From Bryobacterales bacterium (GTDB lineage: Bacteria; Acidobacteriota; Terriglobia; Bryobacterales; Bryobacteraceae), in contig JAPSFM010000002.1 of the NCBI GenBank assembly GCA_035063885.1, forward strand, positions 56,727-120,726: 64,000 bases of DNA, read 5' to 3'. Both the position numbers and the translations under genes were made by a program. Each line of letters opens with the position of its first letter. Within the stretch, counting starts at the first letter, position 1. The notes beneath the pieces were generated by a model. That model did not search any database. It was given only the letters and a program-made list of their open reading frames with translations, and was not told where the DNA came from. Below, one piece after another: positions 39,676 through 47,841 of this stretch.

Positions 39676-41804
39676 AACTGAGCGTCGCCTTCGGAACCAT
39701 TCTCGCTGCCGCTCTTTGCGCACAGACCACCTCCCCGCCCAAACCGGCCCAACAGAAAGTTGCTGCCGCGCTGCCGCCGTACAAGGCACTGAAGTTTCCG
39801 CCGCTGAAACGTGTCCAGATCCCTGAGATCGCCTCACACACGCTACCGAACGGCATCCGGCTCTACCTGCTGGAAAATCATGAACTCCCGCTGGTGAGCG
39901 GATTTGCTCTGATCCGGACCGGCAACCTTTTCGATCCGCCGGAGAAGATCGGCGTCGCCGAAATTACGGGCGAGGTCCTGCGAACCGGTGGCACGAAAGC
40001 GAAGACCGGCGATGAGCTTGACGTGGAGCTTGAGAACATGGCCGCGTCGGTGGAGAGCAGCATCGGTGAGACCAGCGGCACGGTCGGCTTCAGCGCACTG
40101 CGCGAGAATGCCGGCACGGTGCTCGAGATCTTCAAGGAGGTTCTGACAGATCCGGCCTTCCGCCAGGACAAAATCGACCTGGTGAAAACTCAATTGCGCG
40201 GCGTCATCGCCCGGCGTAACGACAATCCTTCGGGCATCGCTTCCCGCGAGTTCGCGCGTATCCTCTACGGCCCGGATACGCCATATGGCGAAATCATCGA
40301 ATATGAGAACCTCGATCGGATCGGCCGCGAAGATCTTGTTTCTTTCTACAATCGCTACTACTTTCCAGCCAATACCGTCATTGCGATTCAGGGTGATTTT
40401 TCATCCGCCGAAATGAAAGCGGCTATCGAAAAACTGTTTGCGGATTGGACGGTGAAGCAGCCGCCGGTTCCACCCTTCCCGAAAGTGGAACAGAAACCCA
40501 CACCAGGAATTTTTCTGGCGGAGAAGGCGGATGTGAACCAGACCTTCTTCAATATCGGGCACCTCGGCGGAATTCTGAAAGACAAGGACTATCCCGCACT
40601 CGCTGTGATGGCCGACATCCTGGGTGGTGGTTTTTCAAGCCGTCTTTTCACCCGGGTCCGGACCCAGTTGGGCTATGCGTACGGAATTGGCGCGAGTTGG
40701 GGTGCGGCGTACAACCACCCGGGCCTGTTCCGCATCTCCGGCAGCACCAAGTCCGCCTCCACCGTGGATACTTTAAAGGTGGTGCGGGAGGAAGTGGACC
40801 GTATACGAACACGGGAGGTGACCGCACAGGAGTTGGACACCGCGAAACAAACCATTCTCAACAGCTTCGTGTTCAACTTCGACAGCCCGAGCAAAACGCT
40901 TAACCGCTTGGTCACGTACGAATATCACGGCTATCCTCGCGACTTCATCTTTCAGTACCAGAAGGCGATCGAATCCGTAACCAGCGCCGATGTGCTGCGC
41001 GTGGCGCGCGAGCATGTCGCCCCGGAGAACTTCACGGTTGTCGCTGTCGCGAATTCCGCCGAGTTGGGAACGCCGCTTACGGCTCTCGGCAAGGTGCAGC
41101 CGATCGACCTCTCCATTCCCGAGCCTGGGGCGAAAGCAGGTGCGAAAGCGGACGCACAGAGCATCGGGAGAGGGCGGCAACTGCTCCAGCGCGCGCAAGC
41201 GGCTATGGGTGGCGCTGACAAATTAGCCGCTATTCGCGATGCGACGCAGGTAGCGGAGGTTGAGATTGACACCGGCCGCGGACCGATGAAGGCCACCCGC
41301 ACTTCGATGTGGCTTGCTCCGAATGTCTTCCGGCAACAGCAGGTGCTTCCATTCGGCAAGATCACGGCGTTTTACGATGGCGCCGCCGGCTGGATCGCCA
41401 GCCCCCAGGGGATCAATCCTATCGCCGGCCCTGTTCTGAATCAGGTACGAAGCGAAATGTTTCGGGTGTTTTATCCGCTGATGCTCAGCGACCGGAACCC
41501 GGACCGCACGGTGCACTCCGCCGCTCCCGGCGAAGTGGAGATCTCCGACAAGCAAGGCAACTCCGTCCGTCTCACGATCGACGAGACTACCGGATTGCCG
41601 ATCAGGCGTTCCTATCGTACGACAGGGCAGCAGGGACCCGTTGAAGTGGAAGAGGTACTCTCCGAATGGAAAGAAGTGGACGGTGTGCAACTGCCATTCC
41701 GGATTGTCGTAAACCAGGGTGGCAAGAAGTTCTCCGAAGCGGCGATCCGCGAAATCAGGATCAACACCGGGCTGAAACAGGAGGAGTTGAGCAAACAACC
41801 ATGA
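39672..41804 (+). CDS. M16-family peptidase-like subunit (no HxxEH) fused to a ~240-aa C-terminal extra module
   Basis: 710 aa with ATGA-type overlap with the upstream M16 gene. The M16 inactive-subunit layout covers residues ~40-470. The C-terminal segment (from ~GRGRQLLQRAQAAMGGADKL) is homologous to the next ORF. Confidence 0.8.
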   Translation: MKLSVAFGTILAAALCAQTTSPPKPAQQKVAAALPPYKALKFPPLKRVQIPEIASHTLPNGIRLYLLENHELPLVSGFALIRTGNLFDPPEKIGVAEITGEVLRTGGTKAKTGDELDVELENMAASVESSIGETSGTVGFSALRENAGTVLEIFKEVLTDPAFRQDKIDLVKTQLRGVIARRNDNPSGIASREFARILYGPDTPYGEIIEYENLDRIGREDLVSFYNRYYFPANTVIAIQGDFSSAEMKAAIEKLFADWTVKQPPVPPFPKVEQKPTPGIFLAEKADVNQTFFNIGHLGGILKDKDYPALAVMADILGGGFSSRLFTRVRTQLGYAYGIGASWGAAYNHPGLFRISGSTKSASTVDTLKVVREEVDRIRTREVTAQELDTAKQTILNSFVFNFDSPSKTLNRLVTYEYHGYPRDFIFQYQKAIESVTSADVLRVAREHVAPENFTVVAVANSAELGTPLTALGKVQPIDLSIPEPGAKAGAKADAQSIGRGRQLLQRAQAAMGGADKLAAIRDATQVAEVEIDTGRGPMKATRTSMWLAPNVFRQQQVLPFGKITAFYDGAAGWIASPQGINPIAGPVLNQVRSEMFRVFYPLMLSDRNPDRTVHSAAPGEVEISDKQGNSVRLTIDETTGLPIRRSYRTTGQQGPVEVEEVLSEWKEVDGVQLPFRIVVNQGGKKFSEAAIREIRINTGLKQEELSKQP

Positions 41805-42583
41805 AGGTCCTGCTGCTGTTGGCGACGAGTATGTCTCTGCTTTCCGCCGAGACCGGGCAGGAACGTGGAAAGCGGCTTATCGATGAGGCGATCGCCGCGC
41901 TTGGCGGAGACACCTTTCTCCAGATGAAGGATCGCGTGGAGGATGGCCGCGCATATTCCTTCTATCGCGACGAGCTTTCGGGACTCTCACGGGCGAAAAT
42001 CTACACCCAATACGTCACGCCGGAAGAAAAAGGCAAGCTTGCCGTGCGGGAGCGGCAGAGTTTCGGGAGGGATGAATACAGCTCGGTCCTCTTCAATCGC
42101 GAGGGGGGGTGGGAGATCACCTACCGGGGTGCACGCCCGTTGCGCAACGAGCAAATTGAACGCTATCGCGACTCAACCAGGAACAACATCTTTTACATTT
42201 TTCGTACACGCCTCAAAGAGCCGGGGATAATATTCGACTCGCGTGGCGCCGAGGTTTGGGAGAACCAACCGGTCGAAAACATCGATATCACCGATTCGGA
42301 GAATCACGTCGTTTCTCTCTCAATACATCACTCCACGAAATTACCTGTCCGCCAGGTGTTCTATAGGCGCGATCCGGAAACACGCGAGCGTATTGAGGAG
42401 GTAACGATCTACTCAAAGTATCGCGATGTAGGCGGCGTGCAGTGGCCTTATACAATTCAGCGGATCCGTAACGGGGAGAAAGTGTACTCCATGTTTTCCG
42501 AAAGCGTAACCATCAATCAGAACCTGCCGGACACGCTCTTCATGCTGCCGTCCGGCATCAAGAAACTGCCACCGAAGAGATAG
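41801..42583 (+). CDS. Secreted hypothetical protein, paralogue of the C-terminal module of the preceding M16-like protein (LolA-like fold suspected)
   Basis: ATG 41801 overlaps the upstream stop (ATGA). Signal peptide MKVLLLLATSMSLLSA. Blocks that align by eye with 39672-41804: ERGKRLIDEAIAALGG, IDITDSENHVVSLSI, YRDVGGVQWPYTI. Confidence 0.65.
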   Translation: MKVLLLLATSMSLLSAETGQERGKRLIDEAIAALGGDTFLQMKDRVEDGRAYSFYRDELSGLSRAKIYTQYVTPEEKGKLAVRERQSFGRDEYSSVLFNREGGWEITYRGARPLRNEQIERYRDSTRNNIFYIFRTRLKEPGIIFDSRGAEVWENQPVENIDITDSENHVVSLSIHHSTKLPVRQVFYRRDPETRERIEEVTIYSKYRDVGGVQWPYTIQRIRNGEKVYSMFSESVTINQNLPDTLFMLPSGIKKLPPKR

Positions 42584-42596
42584 GACGCAACGCGCC

Positions 42597-43787
42597 TCAT
42601 CGATTCCCAAACAGCGTTCGCAGGTCCGCTTCGTAAACCCGCCCGTGGCGATCGGAAGCGAGGACGATCCAGGGTGCGTCTTCTGGAAACGCGAGCTTCG
42701 GTCTTGTCACGTCATTCACCGCCGACTGTAGCGTGGCTGCCGGTGCGATCGCGACCATGGGACTCCCGAACACCGGCGGGTCCTCTGCCGTGCCGATCCT
42801 TCCGAATACGATGTGGTCCCGCGTTCGCAACTCCGAATCGTAGATGGTGTGGCCGTAGAGCACCATCCTGCCATCAGACCCGACAGCGACGACCGGCCTG
42901 CTGGGAGAACGTGTAGTCGCATTGTTTGCGTAGGGGATGTTGCGCCAGCGGCCAGCGGGGGTCCGTATCCTCAGAACCAGTTGTGGCTCGCCAACGCGGT
43001 CAACGCTGTTCTTGCTGGCGACCCACAAGGTTCCATCGGTAGTGAGTGCCGCGTTCAAATGGTCGTCGGCGGTGCGATGGCCGGTTTCAACCACCTCCGC
43101 GGCATCCCAGTTCTCCGGCGGATCTCCATTGCGGTGATGCCGCAGGAAGACGCCATCCCGTTGTTGATCGGACCAGAGAACTCCCACACCGTCCGGCAGC
43201 GCCGTCACAAGGCAAATATCGTCCGCATCCAAGCCGCTGGCAATCGTGGATGCCACGCTCCAGGCGGAGCCGTCCGCGGAGGTCCATACCAGCACTTCAC
43301 GGTCAACGGGCGCGGCAATCCACCACCTGCCGGTCCCTTCCCGTGCGATGGTCGCTGTCTCGATGGGTTTACCTGGAGAAACCGTCCATTTCGCAAGCAC
43401 GTGGGCCTGCCATCGAAACGGCACTTCTCCGCGAGGACGCAAGCGCAAAACCGCCAGCGTACGGTCCTTTACAACAACGGCGGTCGCGCCGGCTTTATCA
43501 AACCAGACGTCGGCGCGTCCGGGAAGTCCGTCCAAGCTCCGGGCGATCTCCCGGTGCTCGCGCCAACCGGATGCGGTCCGTTGCCACAACGAAGGACCGG
43601 ATTTGCGTGGAAGCAACGCCCACCAGGATCCTTCCGCATACCAGGTCTTCGATTGCGGCTTGTCGGCGGTTGGATTGGACGCATCCACTCGAAACACCGG
43701 GTGGTGGCTCGCGGCAGAGGCGGGCGCCGATATCGCGAGCAACAGAGCGATGCCCGCGGGAATGGAGGGAACGATTGTTGTTTTCAT
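42597..43787 (-). CDS. Secreted beta-propeller-like hypothetical protein (one BNR/Asp-box)
   Basis: 396 aa with a signal peptide (IPAGIALLLAISAPASAAS), Asp-box SADGSAWS, and a repetitive W/G/D-rich strand pattern. Its ATG overlaps the stop of the upstream methyltransferase gene (ATGA). Confidence 0.5.
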   Translation of the reverse strand: MKTTIVPSIPAGIALLLAISAPASAASHHPVFRVDASNPTADKPQSKTWYAEGSWWALLPRKSGPSLWQRTASGWREHREIARSLDGLPGRADVWFDKAGATAVVVKDRTLAVLRLRPRGEVPFRWQAHVLAKWTVSPGKPIETATIAREGTGRWWIAAPVDREVLVWTSADGSAWSVASTIASGLDADDICLVTALPDGVGVLWSDQQRDGVFLRHHRNGDPPENWDAAEVVETGHRTADDHLNAALTTDGTLWVASKNSVDRVGEPQLVLRIRTPAGRWRNIPYANNATTRSPSRPVVAVGSDGRMVLYGHTIYDSELRTRDHIVFGRIGTAEDPPVFGSPMVAIAPAATLQSAVNDVTRPKLAFPEDAPWIVLASDRHGRVYEADLRTLFGNR

Positions 43788-44992
43788 CGCAGGGTAAGCG
43801 CGGCCACTGTCTCGATGTGAAAGGTTTGGGGAAATAGATCAACCATCTCCATTCGCTCTATCCGGTATCCACCCTCAATTAGCGCTGATAGGTCGCGAGC
43901 TAAAGTCGCCGGATCGCAAGCGACAATCGTAAGCCGCGGCGCGCGGAATCGCAGCAGATGGCGCACCACCTGTTTTCCCAGGCCAGCGCGCGGTGGATCG
44001 GCCAGAATGAAATCCGGCGGCTCGGTGCAGCCCGACAGGAATTCTTCCACTCCCGCTTGTTGGATAGCGACGCTTACACCGGCGGTCCGCGCGTTGAACG
44101 CGAGGTCTTTCACCGCGCCCATACCAGATTCCACCGCTGTGACCCTTCCGAAACGCCGCGCCAACGGCAGACTGAAAAGTCCTACGCCTGCAAACAGGTC
44201 CAGCGCATACGCGCCCTCCGCTCCCTCAAGCGCCGAGTCCATCAGCCGGTCAATCAGAAAGCGGTTCACCTGAAAGAACGACCGGTAGCTAACACGGTAC
44301 ACTTCGCCTGCCGCGCCGTATTCAATGGCCCGGTGCGTCGCTCCCGGAATGCGCTCCCGGCACCATTCGAAAAAAGAACGTGCGACAGGTCGCGAAGTCT
44401 CCGGAACGTTCACCTGAACGCCTTCCTCGTTCGTAAAGAGTTCCAGGGTGCGAACGAATTCCGGCCAGCGGCGCTCCCGCATCATCCCGCGAATCCCGGC
44501 CAGGGCCTCATTGATCTTCGGCGAAGAGATCGGGCAGTGCGACACCGGACACAACCGGTGGGAGCGCGCTTGCAGGTACCCAATCTCGCCGGCTGCAATA
44601 TGGAACTGGGTGCGATTGCGGTATTGCCACGGCTCCGCCGTTATAGCACCAATCCCGGGCGCCGCTTCGATCTTCCCAATACGCCGCAAGGCTTCGAGCA
44701 GAATCTCCCTTTTCTGTTTCACCTGGTATTCATAGGGAGCATGCTGATAGTGGCACCCGCCGCAGCGGCCGAAGTAAAGGCATGGCGCCTCGACGCGGTC
44801 CGGACTCGGTGTGTTGATGCGGACGGGAACCGCCCGCACAAGACCTGGCTTTTCGTCGGTCACCCGGACTTCGGCCGTCTCGCCAGGCAGGACAAACGGT
44901 GCAAGCACGACACGGCCATCGGCCCGCCCAAGCGCATCCCCGCCGTACACCAACTTCTCAAATTCGATGTGATTTGTTTTGGAGGCCGCCAT
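43784..44992 (-). CDS. 23S rRNA (uracil-5-)-methyltransferase RlmD/RumA family (TRAM + [4Fe-4S] + SAM MTase)
   Basis: Cys cluster CLYFGRCGGCHYQH, SAM-fold motifs LDLFAGVGLFS and ILADPPRAGLG. Start taken at MAASKTNHIEF (44992); the ORF-track start at 45025 would overlap trpS. Confidence 0.8.
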   Translation of the reverse strand: MAASKTNHIEFEKLVYGGDALGRADGRVVLAPFVLPGETAEVRVTDEKPGLVRAVPVRINTPSPDRVEAPCLYFGRCGGCHYQHAPYEYQVKQKREILLEALRRIGKIEAAPGIGAITAEPWQYRNRTQFHIAAGEIGYLQARSHRLCPVSHCPISSPKINEALAGIRGMMRERRWPEFVRTLELFTNEEGVQVNVPETSRPVARSFFEWCRERIPGATHRAIEYGAAGEVYRVSYRSFFQVNRFLIDRLMDSALEGAEGAYALDLFAGVGLFSLPLARRFGRVTAVESGMGAVKDLAFNARTAGVSVAIQQAGVEEFLSGCTEPPDFILADPPRAGLGKQVVRHLLRFRAPRLTIVACDPATLARDLSALIEGGYRIERMEMVDLFPQTFHIETVAALTLR

Positions 44993-45023
44993 CACGTAGG
45001 ATAAAACTTCGCCTCTAATTAGC

Positions 45024-46013
45024 ATGAAAGCACGAGTTTTTTCGGGGGTCCAACCATCCGGTGACCTTCACATTGGAAATTACCTGGGCGCTCTCAAGAA
45101 CTGGGTCCGGATCCAGTACGATTACGAGAGCATTTTCTGCATCGTAGACCTTCACGCCATTACCATATACCAGGAGCCCGCCGCGTTGCGCGCCAAAATC
45201 GAAGAAATCGCGGCGATTTTCCTGGCCGCGGGCATCGATCCGAAGCACTCCGCCATTATGGTCCAGTCCTCCGTACCGGCGCATGCCGAGTTGGCCTGGA
45301 TGCTGACCTGCGTTACTCCGGTGGGCTGGCTGGAGCGCATGACACAGTATAAGATGAAGGCCGAATCGCAGGAGACCGTGGGTGACGGGCTGCTGCAATA
45401 CCCGGTGCTGATGGCCGCCGATATCCTTCTATACCAGGCCGCTATTGTGCCCGTGGGAGAGGACCAGCGGCAGCACCTGGAGCTCACACGCGACCTGGCA
45501 CAGCGGTTCAACTCACTTTATGGCGACACGTTCGTGATGCCCGAAACGCACCTTCCCACCGTGGGTGCGCGGGTGATGGGCCTGGATGACCCCGAGAAGA
45601 AAATGAGCAAGTCCGCTTCCGGCTCGGGCCACGCCGTGGCGCTTCTGGATCCGCCGGTGCAGGCCAGAAAGAAGATCATGCGTGCGACAACCGATTCGCT
45701 GCCGGCGGTTGATTTTGACAACCTCGGGGCCGGAGTGGCGAACCTCCTCGGCATCTTCCAGGCGCTCAGCGAATGGCCGGAGAACCGGATGAAGAAGCAC
45801 TTCGCCGGGATGCGTTACGGGGAATTGAAGAAGCAGGTGGCGGAGATGGTTATCTCGCATTTGGAGCCGTTTCAAAAGCGGTACCACGAGATCACTTCGG
45901 AAGCCGGCTATGTCGCCTCCATTCTTCGTGAAGGTGCGGAGCGGGTGGCTCCGATCGCAGATGCTACCGTCGAACTCGTAAAGAAGAGAATGGGCCTGTA
46001 TACCCTCTCCTAG
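45024..46013 (+). CDS. trpS: Tryptophan--tRNA ligase
   Basis: 329 aa with HIGH-type motif GDLHIGNYLGA and KMSKS motif KKMSKSAS. Confidence 0.95.
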   Translation: MKARVFSGVQPSGDLHIGNYLGALKNWVRIQYDYESIFCIVDLHAITIYQEPAALRAKIEEIAAIFLAAGIDPKHSAIMVQSSVPAHAELAWMLTCVTPVGWLERMTQYKMKAESQETVGDGLLQYPVLMAADILLYQAAIVPVGEDQRQHLELTRDLAQRFNSLYGDTFVMPETHLPTVGARVMGLDDPEKKMSKSASGSGHAVALLDPPVQARKKIMRATTDSLPAVDFDNLGAGVANLLGIFQALSEWPENRMKKHFAGMRYGELKKQVAEMVISHLEPFQKRYHEITSEAGYVASILREGAERVAPIADATVELVKKRMGLYTLS

Positions 46014-46103
46014 TCACGGCCGCTTGCTCGCGTGCGGCTCAGTACGGCTGCTTTCGTGCCCATCGAACAAATGATACGTCGAAACGTGGAGACAGGACGC
46101 TAG
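46013..46103 (+). repeat. Copy A of a conserved intergenic element (partner at 60917-61030), immediately 5' of the MFS gene
   Basis: GTCACGGCCGCTT...GCGGCTCAG...ACGGC...ATCGAACAAATG...GGAGACAGGACGCTAG. The same ordered blocks occur at 60917-61030. Confidence 0.6.
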
Positions 46104-47408
46104 ATGACCGCGAACCCGGTTTCGCTTTCAGCCTACGGACTCCTGCTTCGCACGAACCGGAATTTCAGGCTCCTGTGGCTGGCACAAATTGTCAGCGAAC
46201 TGGGTGATTGGCTCTACTCGGTGGCGGTCTATAGCCTGTTGTTTGAGTACACCGGAAGCGCCAAGTCGGTGGCGACCGCTTTCGTCCTTCAGGTTCTGCC
46301 GCAGTTTTTCATCGCGCCCGCAGCCGGTGTGATCAATGACCGGCTTAGCCGCAAAAAAGTCATGATCTTCGCCGACTGCTTCCGGGCAGTCATCGTACTA
46401 GGAATGCTGTTGGTGCGCGGGCCGGAGATGATCTGGTTCCTGTACATCCTGCTTCTCCTCGAAACCTGCATGTGGGCTTTGTTCGAGCCCGGGCGGAATG
46501 CGGTCATCCCGAACATCACCACCGGCAAAGAAGTGATTGTGGCTAACACGCTTTCGTCCATGACATGGTCGTTCAATCTCGCCATCGGAGCCGCTCTGGG
46601 CGGCGCGATCGCGGTGCTGTTCGGCCGGACGGCGGTATTTCTCGTAAACGGACTCACGTTCGTTGTGTCCGCTCTGGTGCTTCGCCGGATGGAATTTTCA
46701 GAACCCCACCTTGCGACGCTCCCGCCGCTGCGAATGCGCGATCTGGCCGATTTCACCCCCATTCTGGATGGCATACGCTACGTAAAGCACGATGCGCGTT
46801 TGCTGGCGACAATGTTTGTCAAATGCGGGCTGGGCTTGATGGGATCGCATTGGGTGATCCTGCCGGTTTTGGGAGAGCGCATCTTTCCCGTCCGCATGGA
46901 GGGTCTCGATCCGCAGCGCGGGGGAATGCTCGGCATGAGCCTGCTGATGGCGTCGCGTGGTGTAGGAGCGCTCCTCGGCCCCATAGTGGGCAGCTACTGG
47001 TCCGGGCGTATTGAATCCCGGCTGCGGCTTGGTATCCTTATCGGCTTCCTCACTGGTTCGCTCGGCTACCTGCTGCTCTCCGCCGCCGGCTCGCTGTGGA
47101 TCGCGTGCGCCACCGTGGTGCTCGCTTATGCGGGCGGCTCCGTCATCTGGGTTTTCTCCACCACGCTACTCCAGATCCAGACCGCGGACCGGTTTCGCGG
47201 GCGCGTTTTTTCCGCGGAATTTGCCTTTGGTATGCTCGCCATGTCCACGGTCAGCTACACGTCCGGAGTGCTCATCGATGTTGGACTGACTCCGCAGGAA
47301 CTGGCAGCCTACACGGGTTTGATCATCCTCATTCCCGCTGCCGCGTGGGCATTCGCACTACGGCTCTGGAAGAAACCTTGTCCAGTGCCGGATCACCAGG
47401 ATAGTTGA
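46104..47408 (+). CDS. MFS transporter
   Basis: 434 aa with about 12 predicted TM helices, including NDRLSRKKVMIFAD (MFS loop 2-3-like motif). Confidence 0.8.
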   Translation: MTANPVSLSAYGLLLRTNRNFRLLWLAQIVSELGDWLYSVAVYSLLFEYTGSAKSVATAFVLQVLPQFFIAPAAGVINDRLSRKKVMIFADCFRAVIVLGMLLVRGPEMIWFLYILLLLETCMWALFEPGRNAVIPNITTGKEVIVANTLSSMTWSFNLAIGAALGGAIAVLFGRTAVFLVNGLTFVVSALVLRRMEFSEPHLATLPPLRMRDLADFTPILDGIRYVKHDARLLATMFVKCGLGLMGSHWVILPVLGERIFPVRMEGLDPQRGGMLGMSLLMASRGVGALLGPIVGSYWSGRIESRLRLGILIGFLTGSLGYLLLSAAGSLWIACATVVLAYAGGSVIWVFSTTLLQIQTADRFRGRVFSAEFAFGMLAMSTVSYTSGVLIDVGLTPQELAAYTGLIILIPAAAWAFALRLWKKPCPVPDHQDS

Positions 47409-47840
47409 GAAGCCCTCCTCTGCCTCCGGTGGTCTCAACCTTGCAGCCATCGCGAGCAGCGCTTCATCCGGCACCACGCGCGGCCGCGCCCGGTTGCGTT
47501 CCCGGCACACTTCCACCGGCACATCGAAGAAAATGGCGTCCACAACACAGCCGTAGAATTGGCCCATCTTGATGTACGCCCGCCGTTCTTTGCGTGTGAG
47601 GTTCGTTGCGTCGATGTAGGTTTCGGGCCGTCCCAACTCGATTCGGCGGCGCAGCAGACTTCTCAACGTGGCGAACACCAGCCCGTGAATGGACTGGTTT
47701 GTTGCGTCGTCCACGAGCAACTCCCGAATATGATCGGAAGAAAGCACTGGCAGGTTGTGCTTCCTGGCGTACGATGATTTGCCGGACCCGGGCAGTCCCA
47801 CCAGCACAACGATACGAGGTTTTCCGGCCGCCGGATGCAC
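47358..47840 (-). CDS. Small P-loop kinase (AAA_33 / polynucleotide-kinase-like ATP-binding protein)
   Basis: Walker A VGLPGSGKSS. The GTG at 47840 lies 1 nt after the TAG stop of fadE; the ORF-track start at 48053 overlaps fadE. The 3' end overlaps the convergent MFS gene by 51 nt. Confidence 0.6.
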   Translation of the reverse strand: MHPAAGKPRIVVLVGLPGSGKSSYARKHNLPVLSSDHIRELLVDDATNQSIHGLVFATLRSLLRRRIELGRPETYIDATNLTRKERRAYIKMGQFYGCVVDAIFFDVPVEVCRERNRARPRVVPDEALLAMAARLRPPEAEEGFSTILVIRHWTRFLPEP

Positions 47841-47841
47841 G

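Noticed and set aside
46013-46103. Repeat element as a guanidine (ykkC, mini-ykkC, ykkC-III) or other known efflux-associated riboswitch
   Set aside because: I could not match the conserved cores I remember for those classes (e.g. ACGR tetraloop hairpin pairs, GGUCCGAGAG/ACACGGCGGG). The element is kept as an unclassified finding.
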